This document shows, one piece after another, positions 1 to 14,400 of a DNA stretch of 64,000 nt; position 1 is the stretch's first letter, and every line of letters begins with the position of its first letter. Made by a program: the position numbers and the translations under genes. The notes under the pieces were generated by a model. The model made no database searches. It was not told the origin of the DNA and saw nothing but the letters and a program-made list of their open reading frames with translations. The DNA is from Antedon mediterranea. Lineage: Eukaryota > Animalia > Echinodermata. Location of the stretch: positions 7,192,001-7,256,000 of the forward strand of contig NC_092672.1 of NCBI RefSeq assembly GCF_964355755.1. The letters run 5' to 3'.

Positions 1-363
1 TATTTATTCACAAAATTGAATTGAAAAAAAAAATGTAATTGTAATTTTAAAAATAATTATTCAAATTGGCTGCCAATTTAGTTGGATTTAGCCATTTATT
101 TTGTCATTTTATAAGTGAAAACATTGTTTTTTGTGTTTTTTTTTTGCAGAAGTAATTCATTTTGATTACTGTAAACTATAAAATTTCCTATTCAAATTCT
201 TTTATTAATCTTCATTCATGTTTTTTGAAGACAGCACATCTTTAATCCTGATTGGTTAGTTAGATAGAAGAACTCTTTTAATCACGCAGGCAGAATGTGT
301 ACTTTATTATGCAGTTTAAGGTATGGTAAATGGTATTTGAAGAACAGTAGTGGCATTTCTTAC

Positions 364-2291
364 CTATCATATGTGTAACTCATTTGTTCATTTTCCCAAG
401 TCACTAGGGCAATCTCATACGCCTGTGATTCATGTTTTGTTATCGTCCTTATTACACCTTTAATCTACAAAAAAAAATATTTACTAACAAAACAACAAAT
501 AAAAAACAGAATCACAAGTAACCATACCACCCTCTTTAAAGAAATTTATAAATAAGAATTTTGGTATAGAAATCAACGTACAGGCTTGATATTGTGATAG
601 AGTGACCACTGTTTTTATTTAAATTACGTACCACTAGCTCAGGTACGTTCCAGAAGACAACAGAGCCCTCTCTAAATAGGAAGATCTCTCTTGGTTCTTC
701 ATCTCTTTCACCAGATATATTAAGGAATTGCATATGAAGGACATCTTGGGAATCTAAGAAACAGAAGAGTCAACTATTATTTTCAAGTTAAAAATAAATA
801 TCCATATAAAAAAAATGAAGAAATTGAAAATTGCACACTAGTATGAGGATTCGAAATATCAGGAAAATGATTTTTATTATTTGATTGATTATTAGAAGAT
901 TTGAGAGGTCACTGTCTGCTTTTGAGTACAATTGACTTGCACCCATGTGTTTATTTCAATCATATATATGTAAATCCAAACGCAAATTACTGAAAAAAAT
1001 GACAATGCTGTGGGTATCAGTGGCTGGATCTCAATGGAGATACAAAAATAAAAAGCGAAAAGCTAAATCAAAACGATAAAGTAAACAGCCAGAAAAGTTA
1101 GCAGAGCTTTCGGGCAACACTAGCCCTTCATCAGTGCAAGTGAAGGAATTTGGATAACGTCATAGTATAAAGCTGGCAAGTGCTGCCTGGGTGGACAGGA
1201 ATAAAAGAAATATAACAAAGGGAGCCAGGGTGGAGTCTGAATAAGAGTAGAAAACAAAGAAGGTAGCTTGGTAGAGATATAAACAATAAACAAAATCATA
1301 TATATAAATCCAAAGATCCAGCCACTGATACCCACAGCATTGTCATTTTTTTCAGTAATTTGCCTTTGGATTTATATATATTCAAAAATATATAAAAGAG
1401 AATTATGTACAGTATACAGTACAACAATACTAGAAAGACTTTTATTTATTGTTTATGTAAAGCATCTTGTGCATATGTTTGTTTTGTGAACAGGATTGCC
1501 ACCTTTAAGAAGGATAGTGAATGAATACTCTTATGGTTATACAGGAATTTGGCTAAATTATATAAGAAAAAAATACTAGATTAACCTGGAGGCATGTAAG
1601 CTTCTCTGAACAAACCCTGCGCTTGTAGATCTAGGCTTAGGTGTTCCAGGTTGTACTCTTCAGCTGTAGAATAAGCAGTCACTACTCCAAGGCCCTAGAA
1701 AAAAAAACCATAAGTTTTGCAAATGCTAAAAATCAATAATAAAAGTGCTTTGAAAAAAAAATTCTGAGAAAGAATAAAGCAGCTTCCCTGCCTTTTTGTT
1801 AATAAGTAATAATGTCCTACCAAGGCTGGAAATTTATTCATCTTTCTATATCTATTAAATACCTGTGTATCCAAGGCCAATCTAGCTGGTTTCTTTGTCC
1901 TGTGTTTTGCACCCTTTAGTTTCTGTCCTTTTTGATTAGTTCGGTTACTTTTGCCTTTTTTAACAGTCATCGCAAACACTATTGGCCTGTTTTTATCATC
2001 TGGCCCATCTTCGTTCCCCTTTCTTGTTATAGACTTGGAGGAAAGGTGATGAGTTTGTGAGTTAAGATTCTTGATTGAAATGTATTTTAATGTTGTTCTA
2101 TGCCTATATTTTGCACAATGTGATTGGTATGCACTTAAATTTTTGAATAATCTTTGTTGGTGGTAGTATAAACCAACAGGATCATAATGCTTCCATGATG
2201 ACTTTGAACATACTATTCTGTTATATTTACTTATAGGAAACAAATGTGTGTTCCTTGAAAACATGGAAGTTAACAGTTTCAGTGAACACAT
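364..2291 (-). CDS. RMND1: RMND1 (required for meiotic nuclear division 1 homolog, mitochondrial translation factor), 5' part; gene continues off the left edge
   Basis: GT-AG exons ~1863-2291, 1586-1694, 632-753, 364-464 splice to ...VTAYSTAEEYNLEHLSLDL...EIFLFREGSVVFWNV...KHESQAYEIALVTWENEQMSY, matching vertebrate RMND1 (TAFATADEYHL / IFFFREGAAVFWNV / YEIALVHWENEELNY). Basic N-terminus fits a mitochondrial presequence. Likely non-coding exon 1 ends ~2858. Confidence 0.9.
965..1380. mobile_element. MITE-like element with ~65-bp terminal inverted repeats in an RMND1 intron
   Basis: taaatccaaa..caaattactgaaaaaaatgacaatgctgtgggtatcagtggctggatct (~971-1031) is the reverse complement of ~1314-1374; TA-repeat flanks. 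Confidence 0.75.
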
Positions 2292-3294
2292 GTTGTTGGC
2301 ATTCAAATCAGTACTCAATATCTGTAAAAATAAACAAATTTTGATGAGTTTATGGTCATGTTTCTGCAGATAAAAATTAACGATAAACTGCCTGTTTACA
2401 GGGTTTAACTGATTCCATTCAAGCAAAATTAACCGATAATTATATCTTTAAAATCAGATTATCGGATAAATGCAATAATTTTTAACCTTTGACCTGAAGG
2501 ACAAATTGTTGCATTTTTTGATTGGGTATCTGGTTGTTTGATTTGATGCACGTTATTTTTTAATTAATTAAAATATTATTTTTTGTTTTGGCTTTGCTCT
2601 AGCTAGGCCTACCTATTATAATGATGGGTAGTACTATGTCTAGTAGGCCTAACTTTATCTAGTAAGTAGGGCCTAGGCTACGCCTACTAGGCTAGGCATC
2701 ATGCTAGCTAGGCAGGGAGGGGGTGAACCAGGCAGGGCAGAGTCCGGCGGGCGGGGACAAGCTACCCTCTCATCCCCTATCCCCTAAATTTAGGATTTCC
2801 AAAAACTAACAGCATTACGGATAAATTATGTTTAGATACGGAGAGATTTATATTAACCTGCAACGTAATGTAACCTAGGCCTACTAGGCCTTGCACACAT
2901 TTCTGAAGAATATAAACTGATTTTCATTTTTTCACGTGTCGATTGTTTTTAAGTAGCGCGCCACCAATGTCTCATATATTGTATGATGCAACGCCATGAT
3001 TGTCAAAAGAATACTTCTGAAAAGTAATAACGGTAACACAACGGAATCATGCCAGTACTACGTGTTATTTAGACAGAATAATTGAGTTATTTTTCATAAA
3101 TTGATTGGTTTGGTTTGCTCCTTATGATTAATTTTAATTAAGTGTTGCATGATCAATGCAGTTCGGTTATTTTTGGCGTTACCCAACTGTGTTGTTACCA
3201 TAGTTTGTTCATCGACCAATCACTGGTCAGCTCCTGTCACGATGTACTTCCTTGTTTACTTTTTGTGCAATTTAAAATACAAAAACAGACAGCG

Positions 3295-3959
3295 ATGTCA
3301 ACAACACATAGCAACAAAGTTCAGAACGTGTCATTCGACGTTCTTTTAGATGATTCTTGTAAAAATGACAAAACAAGAGTTCCCAAAAGACTCTTAGCAA
3401 ACAACGGCTACAAATTGAGTGCAGACCAATTACAAATAAAGCAACAGGAGGCCGAGAAAAGGCGCCAGGTTTGTTGGAATTGTGATGTATTTGTTTGTGC
3501 AAAAGCCATGGCAAACGTAGTCTGCTGCCGGAAAAAGAACGGAACGAGAGCGTCGGGATGTACTGTAGAATAATATAATGATTCCTAGGCCTACAAAACT
3601 AACACTTTAAAAAAATTAGGCCTACCTACCTACCTACTACTGTTTTGTTCTTTTCATATAAATGTCTTTTAATTCCAGGTTCCAGTGTTTTGTTTTATAT
3701 TAATTTTTATATATTTCAACAGGCATGTAAAGATTATAAATTGGCACAAATAAAACAAAGACAAGAACAGTGTAGAGTAATTGCAGCAAAGATGAAGGCG
3801 TTATTAGATTTAGATGCTAAACGCAAAGGATTGCCAGGAACTGAATCAGTACCATCTGTATCAAGACGACATGCAGGGGACATGATAAAAAGTGTCGCAG
3901 ATGACTTCAAAGGAATTGGAATCACATTAACAAATGATGTTACTATTACAGATAGCTGA
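3295..3959 (+). CDS. Small stathmin-domain protein (STMND1-like), 2 exons, ~136 aa
   Basis: Exons 3295-3468 and 3723-3959 (GT-AG, phase 0). SFDVLL...PKRL...LSADQLQIKQQEAEKRRQ resembles the stathmin motif AFELIL...LSLEEIQKKLEAAEERRK followed by coiled coil. Confidence 0.65.
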
Positions 3960-4325
3960 AACAGAAGCTACTACAGTGTACTACTAGGCCTATTTGTTGA
4001 ATGTAAGGATACTACTGGAACTCTCTGAAATTAAAATAGGACATTCTATATAAGTAAACACAAGGAAAATCATAATAAACAAAACCTTTTTTATTAATAA
4101 GAAATAAGGAGGAATAAATAGGATAGATAAAAGGATAAATAATAGCTTCTGTACAGTAGTAGCCGCCATGTTTCATAGGTGCGAGGACACGTGTATGAAT
4201 AGATAAGAAAAACCGGACATAGAGACAATGCAGTTTAATACATATTTTTAGTATATTGTTTATTGATATGTGGTTCAACAAGCACATGGAAATAGAAAGT
4301 CTGATCTGTGTATTATACGAATAAA

Positions 4326-4518
4326 GGGCCTTTCACACCTGTTCCGGCACGGTTCCGGTCCGGCGAATCGAACGCCAATGTTTCGTTTTCACGACGCTCC
4401 ACGCGGCCAAGCACCAATTGATATGCGCGTAGCCGCGTAAAAACAAAACATTGACGTTCGATTGGATTTGCCGTCGCCGGACCGGAACCGTACCGGAACA
4501 GGTGTGAAAGATCCTTAA
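4326..4518. mobile_element. Palindromic MITE (~36-bp TIRs); partial second copy at ~12666-12715
   Basis: tttcacacctgttccggcacggttccggtccggcga ... tcgccggaccggaaccgtaccggaacaggtgtgaaa; the left arm recurs at ~12675. Confidence 0.75.
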
Positions 4519-5419
4519 CGCTGTTCTCCGTGTAATAAAACGATAATAAACACATAAATAATGTAGTTTTGAGAGATTTAATACGTATAGTTTTACTAGT
4601 TACTGTCCAACAGTACAAAAATGTACATCCGGGAAACAAACAATAACTGAGAGTCAAATATCTCAAAAGCAAACGTTTTGTTAAAGAATTAGTAAGTTAA
4701 GACTAAAATAAAGTTGTTCAAATTCCAGTCACCAGTGGCAAAATTAGATAGATTATTGAGTATAATGAAGGTATTCAAAGCGTTTTAATGTAAATGTTTT
4801 TAATACTTTAATTCGTATTATATAGTTGTTTGGTAATTATTATAACAACATGTGTGAATATTTCAATAATACAATTATGAATGATACTGCAGAATTATGT
4901 CCCAGCTACTTAACTTCACATTATTGTGCTTTGAGGAAGCGACAGACCTTTCCTACCTTCCCTATATTTTTTGAAAGATCAACCGTTTCTGGACGATAGA
5001 GACGAAGAAGGCGGTAATTTCAACAGACCGTGACGAATCGAATGTGTACACATATTATGAAATTACTGGAAATTTATTTACGGAGAAGAATGATAAAAAG
5101 CCGTCCCACCAACCGCCGAGATATAGGCAATTGTTTGAATTTGTTGAAAACACGCTGTTATTCCATGAAATAGAACTGTGTTATAACATACAATAACATT
5201 TGTTTCTTTTAAGTACAGTGTAATCAGGGAAGATACCTAATGATTAAATGCAATGCAGTCAAATAAGCATCTCTCAGAACAGCAGTGCAGTCACAAATAA
5301 GCGAGACGTGTCAAAACTAAGCGGGTAATAAATACATTTTATATATTACTGATAATATGCTTAAACACGTTAAATTCAGTTTACAATTTAGTTCAAATGT
5401 TGATCATGTACGGTGGTAG

Positions 5420-8400
5420 CTACATTGCTGATGCATTCCTCTGCATTCTCTCCGCAACTTCTACAAGTCCCTGTTCTTTCAAAGCAATGTACATAACCCC
5501 GACTTGATTTGTCACTTCGGTCTGCCGTTTCCTCCAAGAACTTAACATATCCATAATCCTTCCAGAAACTGTTTTGTTATCACATTCAAAGTTTTGTACT
5601 TCTGTCCATGTAAATCCCAGTTCGATTGCCAATGGTTGCCAATAAGTTGAACCTATTTGCTTAGCCAAATTGTACAAGTGTTTATCGTCTAAATAACCAC
5701 TACATCTACCAGTATCTGTAAGTATCGTAAACCAATGTCAAAACATACAAATCTTGATTTACCAAAATTGTTAGTTTTATTGTAATGAACCTAATATAAT
5801 ATTATCAACTAACATTATAATTTGTCTTTCTACGTAACCCAAATACGAAAATGAACAAACGTGGAATGGACAAACTAACCTGATTTTATCAACGTTGCAG
5901 GTTTGCCTTGACTTTCTGAATCTAGAAATTAAAAATACAACGCATTATAGAATCTCACAATTTTAACTAATTAATTTTTCTTCAAATAAAAGTATAACAC
6001 TGCCACTTGACCACCAACGATATCATATATATCAAAACAGATAAAATAGTATACAGTATAACTAAAGTCATCAAAACATTTATTCGAATTATAATACCTG
6101 GTGTCCTATTGTTAAACAATCGTTGCAGCTTGCTTGTTTTTATCGATTTGCCTCCGCATCGAACATTACCAAATTTTAAACAGTTTCCCAACTTGTAAAA
6201 GTGGTTTTTTTGGCAACCAATTCTCCAGCACAACACAAGGAACTCATAACCAGTTCTCTTCATTCCAGAGGTTATTACCTTAAGTTCTTGCTTAAGGAAC
6301 TCTAACGCCTAAAATAAATATGACGGCACTCTTTATAACTGTGTTTGTTGTTCGTGAACAGAGTTATTTTCCCAGAGAAATCTGAGAGAACTTTTGTCCA
6401 AATGGTCCAGAAAACACATGCCCCTAATCACGCGACAGGTTACCTTTGGGAATGGAGACCGACATTTTCTGAAGAAACGTATTGTTTTGATTTACTAATT
6501 CTGTTTTTTTTAAACATGCTTATAATTCTAGACGGTTGTTATATATTTTATAAAACAATTACCTGCATACAGATCACTGGGCACGGCTGACCAGTTGTCA
6601 TCTCAGTACCATCCTCACTCACTTCTGGCACACGTGATATCGCCAGCTATAGTATTTTTCAAAGAAAAAAAAATGTTTCCACAAAAATCAGTATTAACTA
6701 ACCGTCATTATTGGCCGACCGATGTACATATATACTGAAACTATATATAACAAAATACAGATATAATGGTATACCATACCATAGGCCTACGGTACACAAT
6801 TTACATAAGTATGCCTACTTAATTAGTATTGTTCAAAGTAGCCCAACATTGTCTTGGAAGCACAGTGTCAATAACAAGTTAAAGAATGATGCTTTGGGAA
6901 GTGACTTTCCAATTGAATCTTAAGTTGGGAAAAAGTCCACATCGTTCCGACCCATATACACTGCTTTTGCAACATCATTTCTATATAGAGCCTAGGCACG
7001 TGTGCGGATGGTTGTAATGATGATCTGCTATTAGTTGCCTCGTCTTTAGTTATCGTGAGGGGGTCATAGTGTAAGTATATCTTGCTTTTCCCTAGTCGTT
7101 TAAATTACAACAAGTGGTCGTCGAGAAATTCTATCAGTAGGCCTACAGGGAAAGGAAAAATATGAATGAAGTATTATAGGCCTACGGTACCTTCAAAGCA
7201 TACTTGTTACTTATAGTGACCTGACCAAGGCTAAGATCGTGATCATGTTCTAAGCAAACGGTAATCTTGTTGCTAAACAGTGTAGGCGCATGTGTAGTAC
7301 ATTCTTTCTCTTGTGTCATTTCAATTAAACTGACGACCAGGAGATGGAAGATGCTGTCAGGAAGAAAGTCATTCGATGCAATGTAGACAGATACCACATG
7401 ATCTGGGTCACGTTCAATTGACATGCACCTTTCCATGTACTTTAACCGACATGGTACAAAAAAAGATCGACTTGTCTCATGATTTTTCTATCAGAAAATA
7501 TAATAATTATAATAATGAATACATCATTTAAACAGTAATCAAGATTATAACATTTATTTCTTAATATTATCATTTTTTTTTAAATTATTGTTTAAATAAT
7601 TATAGGCCTAATTTGTGAAGAGATCTGCTTAACAATGATTTTTTTTATAAACGATATTCATTATATAGTATTCATTACATTCATTTATATGCCTGAGGAT
7701 GACTGTATGAAATAAGTAGGATTACAAAAGTGTGGGATTGGAATTAAACATATTTCATGAATGAATGTGCATCAACAATAGAAGAACACAATGATTAATA
7801 AGCAAATATTTCATACTAGTCATTAATCAAAGACTCGTCTTATATTCTTTAAGTAGAGCATCTTTGTTTGTCTTGTGAACATTACATTGCCATATAGTAC
7901 TTCTACAAGGACAGAGAAAACTCCCTTTTCTGGAAATGTTCCTAAATTATACCGTACCTTAACTTGCTCACACAATAGGCCGAACTGTTTCATAAGCTCT
8001 AGAAACACTTCAAAGTTTGAGTCGTCTGATTCCAGTTCTTCTTGCCATACATGTCGGGCCAACTCCTCATGTAGAATACCTTCATTTTCAAGTTTACGCC
8101 ATAGTTTAACCATAGTAGGCAGCTAAATGAAAGAAAACAAATCTAATTTTGTGAACTACACCATCTACTAAAACGAAATCAATTAAGATTGTACTCAATG
8201 ATGAATGATAATAATCTCAACAAACCATAGACCTGCTTCATCTAAACATATCCTCTGTTAAAACGTGTAATAAGCGCTTGCCGGGTACCGAAGACTATAA
8301 TAACATAAATATTGAAGGTATAATTTGAAAGTTTATGTTCTGGATCATGGCGTATATTAATAATAATAATAATAATAATATCCTAGATTTATATAGCGCC

Positions 8401-11400
8401 TAATGTTGTGAAACCTCTAAGCGCTGAACAGTATACCCTAGTAATATTTTTACTCGAACATGTATGGAAACGTCCCATTCCATAATGCAGCTAGTAATCA
8501 GGAATTTGTATGATTTATTTCTTTTTTATTTTTAAATGCGCCTTGAGCACTCTGGAGTGGTATGTGCGCTATAAAAATCTTATTATTATTATTATTATTG
8601 TTATTATTATTATTATTATTAATCAGCGCAACGTTGTGTTTTGATCTAACCGGATACCCATTTATACACCTGGGTGGAGAGAGGCAAACGTAAGTAAAGA
8701 ATCTTGCCTAAGGATACGAGCAATGCGGCAGAGTTGGATTCGAACCGCGACTTCACGATCAGTAGTCCAACACACTGCATAAAACACACTTATTATAGTG
8801 TATAGAGCTACATAAAATTATCAAATCATTGATGCAGGCCTACCGTGTTTTATAATACGCCTGTTTTACTGACATATTATGTTGTTTGTATCAGGGAAGA
8901 GTGAACTTATTCAATCTTCCCTGGTTTGTATCCAATGTTGCACTACAGAAGTATACACAAACAATTAGTGTAACATTAGATATCTGTTGTATTACAAGCG
9001 ATTTGTAAGTATATGGTTATAGGTTTTGGTTTGTGAATATTATGCTAACTGATAGAGAATGCTGTTCAAATTGTCTGTGCAAATACAGCTATTTTACAGC
9101 GATGCAAAATAACCAATTTTGAACTGTTTCCATGATGTCATACCTTATCACCGGGTTTAACGTATGTTATTATTCTCTTCAATATGGTAATCAACTTTCT
9201 TGGGCTGGTTATAACGGTATCTTTGAGCAGTTGATGTTTCGCAAAATATAAAACCGTTCCAATGTCGTGCATGTACTGTAGAGTGTGGATAAGGTTTTCC
9301 GGAGTGATCCCGTATTCAGCGGCAGCCTTGAAGACCTTATCAAATATAACATATATTAATAATATTTTTATTGTGATGGAGCCTGACATGAAGGTTATTC
9401 AAATTCTAAAAACTATAACTACAATGAAGTAGCTTTGACTTGAAAGCACTAATATTATCAGATCCAACTACCACACTAACGACAAATTTGCAACGGACCT
9501 ACAGAAAATAAAGAACATCGCATCTGACAGAACACTTCACAGCAGAAGTAAGCAGAGCGACCGAGGCGGAAAAGTCAAAAAATATTCGGCGGAAGCGGAA
9601 CGGCGTTAAAGTAAGTAGGCCTAAGTAAGTACCGGTAGCTTTGCGAAAGGGAGTTAAGTTTTTTTTCCCTGGCATGTTGTCTAATAGGATGTACTCACCA
9701 CATTGAGAACAGTGTATTAGAGAACAAGTTATTCCTGTTTTAATAATTATAACGAACAAGCTACAATTGATACATCAACTAAGTAAATTAAGCATATAGT
9801 TTTTAAATTGTCTAATAATGCATATTATTCTGTCTACTAATAGCATGCACCAATTAAGCCCAAAATATAACAGATATTTAGTTGCACATTCCATCCCTCA
9901 TCAACTTATATAATAGTATATATTTGTTTTTTTCTGTTTTGTCCATGGGTTTTACGTGACAAGTTTTACTTCTTGTAAAATCCTCTATTAATGCTATATT
10001 TTTTTCTTACCTAATTTTTTGTTGCTATTTTCTATGCATTATTAATAATAGAGATAAATGTTTATGAAATGAACTTAGTTGCCTACGTCATGGTAAGGAA
10101 TGCGCACTTTTGTCTTTCCAATCTCTTTTATCCAACGCTGTAATTGAAGCCATTTGAGTGGGATTTGTTTAGGAAATGCCTTCAAAAACCCACTAACATC
10201 GTGTTTAAGGCTGTTCAACATAGTGTCACTTTCCAAAGGATATTTGTTGTCGATGGTGTAACACTTTCTGATCACGTGACACTCATATGGCGTATCTTCG
10301 ATTTCTTGAAATAATGTATTAAACTGGTCTTGTATCTACAAATGTATAAATGTATTCTTAATAGTGATACACAAATATAAATAGTATGTGCTGTAAATAT
10401 CAAATCGATTGACGACCGTCATACTCTGATTATGAAATGAAAACCCCATTGATTAATTCAATAACGGGATTCGCTATGGTAGACAATTGACCAACTTTAG
10501 TTCGACCAAACACAGTACCGATATAATTTGTGCATTTATACCAAATAAAAAAAACTCCAAAAGACAGAACAATCAAGAAACGAACCTAAAGAGCCAACAA
10601 CAACATCGGCAAGGGTTCGAGGCCGACTCGCTCCTAGTTCTGGTGGTGGAACAAGTCTTCTCGGATAAGGACTATAAACCGTAGGTCCAGTGTACACAGT
10701 TATAACCTGTGTGTACTTTAAAGAACCCAGTTCATTATTCGAAAAAGAGTAGAGGGTTACCCCGGTGAACTGGTTCACACAATAGCCTCTGTATCAGGGG
10801 GATTACCACCTATCTGATAGGACAGTGATTAATTCACTATTGGTAATCCTTGGCCACAGTGCCAAAAGACATAAAATAAAATAAAAAATAAAAAACACAT
10901 CTTCGCATGTGTATAATCCCAGTAGCCTACATAGGCCTACTCTGGAACCGTGTACACTGGGATTATACACATGCGCAGATGTGTTCATTTCTTGATTGCT
11001 GTCTTTTTTTTGTTCGACTTTTACACTATTGTGCTTACCCATTTATCATTTTCTACGCTGGTTCCTGATAAACTTCGGCTATGTGTTCCCACTACTAAAA
11101 TTTGTGGTTTTTTCACTTTCATGTCTTTATCTTGTTTCTGCGACTCCCCATCGGGGATTGCGTACGTATAAATTAACTTCATCCAGTACTTTATTACTTC
11201 TACATTTGTCATGTTGCACGTCATATCTTGGTGGTCCTTAAGAAAAATAAATCATAGTATTTTCTGTGTGTGATGACAATAATACACTCTGTAGGCCTAC
11301 AGTATTCAAACGCAAGCCTAATTAATTAACGGATGAAAAAACAAGTAAAACTTGTGGCTTCCATTAGGACGCAATGCAAGAACGTAACCGTAACGCAATT

Positions 11401-14400
11401 GACCAATCAGTGCGAGTAACTTATCGCTTTTGATTGACTGGAATGTATTTTCAAATTAGAATGGGTAGATAATTTTGTATTGTATAATTTTTGTAATACA
11501 AATTTATCATAATATAGGCATATACGCCAATACAAAATACCTTTTTTACCGTGGATGATCTTGCCTCAATAGAATTAGCCTTATCATACATTCCTTCCTT
11601 CAAATTAAATGTTATCACGTAGACTGCTTCACTCGTCAAAAATATCTAGTTAATAAGACAACAACGTTTAAACTCTCAGTCCAGTTTATTTATTCAAAAT
11701 ATAAGTAAAACCTATAGGCCTAGTTGGAGATACCAAGTTTTTTACATTATTTACCATAGGCTTTACGTACACGTAACACGTAGGCCTAATGATAACAGGG
11801 AGCTTTCGATTTGCGACTCCTGGACCTGGTTGACATGACGTAGTTCGGTCGTCGATCGTCTCGATTTGCAACGACCGAGACCGACAACCAAACTACGTCA
11901 TTAATTCATTGTGCACATGCGCATATATTGGGACATGTGTCCTCGCCTCCACCTCAACACATTTTTGATGGTTTTTAGATCAAGGAGAAGACCGACGACA
12001 CATCGATTGACCTGACCTAGGTTGGTCTTCGCAAATCGAAAGCTTCCCAAACTATCAGATGCTGCAATACAGGCCTACTTACTCGGTGTGTAATATAGTA
12101 CAACGGCTGGCCTGCAAAGTCCCATATGTACGTAATGTCTTCATCAGCAAACATATTTGTATCTCCCTTCAATTTGTTAATGATTCGTTTTTGCATTTCA
12201 GAAGAAAGTTTCTGATTTGATTCATTAATTACACAATCCTTCTCCAACAAAACCTGTTTATCTTCAACTAAAAAACATAAATTCGTAACTTATTAAACAA
12301 AACACTAAACAGAAAGGCTCGGATGAGACAAAACTGGAATATTTTCAAAATCTGCTTAGAAAAATGTCATTTTTATTAGGCTTAATTATATACACACATC
12401 TGTAGATACATAAATGTTAAATTAAAAGCTAGTGGACATAAACATGTGATTTTTTTAAACTATAACCCGTAGTACCGTCAGTTTTTTTTTATTCGCAACT
12501 AAGATATACTGCTATTTGTGTCCATGGATACATTTTTTCACTATACATTATTAGTTAGGCCTACCTTTGTTTTGATTTAGTCTAAGCTGTTGTATTGACG
12601 ACACGGTATTCTGTGAATAAAAATTAGTTAAATGTTACTCTCATTTATAGGCCTATAACATGAATTAAAGACCCTTCACACCTGTTCCGCCACGGTTCCG
12701 GTCCGGCGCCGGCAACTCACATCGAACTTCATGTTGCGTAAATTAAGTACTTTAAAATTTCTTTAATATTTCTATTAGGCCTACTATTAGAAATAAACAA
12801 AATACGTGAATACTTCTCTATCATCTTTTGCCAATATCATTCTTTTAAAATAACACACAATCATGCGATACTGTATGTTATTTAGTATTTAGGCCTACTT
12901 TTTCTCTCGACTACAATTCTTTCAATCTAGTTAATATCATATCGTATTACCTCTGATGTTGCACCTTGGTTTGTAGCAGCGATTTGTTGTGATGTCACTT
13001 TTGTTTTCAGTTTCAACTCTTTTTCTATTTCTGTATCCTTTTCCTGATTTTCGATACGTACATAATAAAATTGTATAGGCGCTATACTATTTCATTTTTA
13101 TGAAATCAATATTGTCTAATTTTGATAATGGAAATTAAAAGAAATATATCTGACATGTTTATTATGAATCAGCTGCAGGTTAAACAGAGCATTTAAGCTT
13201 TGTTTGATCAATAGATATTTGTTGAGTATCTCACCCTCACAGAAGTATGTTTTTAATCTAAAGAATTCCGTAATTTTACCTCGGTTATAGCTGGTGATGG
13301 ACGCTTCAGCTCCGATATTGTTGATACAGTCTCCGATATTGTTGAAGGGTCTGTTTCGGTTGCTTTCAGTCTCAACTTGTCTGCTACATTGGCTTCCAAC
13401 TTCTCGTCGTATATTTCTTGAAGTCTCTTACACTCTGTAAAGTAGTTTGAGGTCATTCATTTACAAGAATAACATAATAATAAACTGTCACAGATGTATT
13501 GTGCCACTTACCATCCAAGTCCTTGTGTTCTTTCCATTTCTTTTCACTGTCAGCATGAAATGCAGTCGTCAATGCGATACCATCTGTTGATCGCTCTCTT
13601 TCATTGAACCTGTGATAACATTAAATAAATCAACTTCAACACGTTCATCAATATATAACACGTCAATGTGATCATCCTATTAGTTTTAACAATAACATGT
13701 CTATCTCAATATTCACATCAATATGGACAACCATGCAATAACATTCCTACGCTCTGTCTACACTATCAAACTTTATGTGTCAAACAAATGTGCCCAAATA
13801 TGGTAGTAATATGACATCATCATGTCCATATATGGACACATCACATTTTTTTGTCACATAAAGTTTGATAGTGTTGATAGAACTTACGGTTTTTCCAGAA
13901 GAGTGTTCACTAAGCTTGTCTTTCCAACGCCTTCTTTACCAGTAATCATTAAGCGTGCATGATTAACTGTTATTTGACCAGTCTCCAGCTCTTCCCTGAA
14001 TACCCGAACAGCCTCTTTCCCTCTAGCTAGTATTACTCCTGGAATTGCATAACCTAGATGAAAGCAGAAAACAATAGTTATTTCCTTTCATTTGCTTGAT
14101 AAAGTTAAAGTAAAGTAAAGTTAATAATGCAAGCATGAAATATTATTTGTGCAGAGTATAGAAATATTTTTATTATTTACTCTGCATGAATTGTAAGAGC
14201 TCTTCTTTTTGCTTGTCTTTAGTTCCATTGTTGTATTTTCTACACAAATTCTGAATGTACTTGTCCACTGGTGTCGAACCTTCCTAAAATTAAAAAGAAG
14301 AAAAACATCGAAAAGAAGACTGTAATACACATGATCATGCATCTTAACAATCATCTTCTTTACAAAAAAAAAAACAATTACATAATAAAAATGAATAAAT

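Noticed and set aside
4313-4672. 119-aa minus-strand ORF
   Set aside because: Spans a GC-rich palindromic MITE and lacks coding features.
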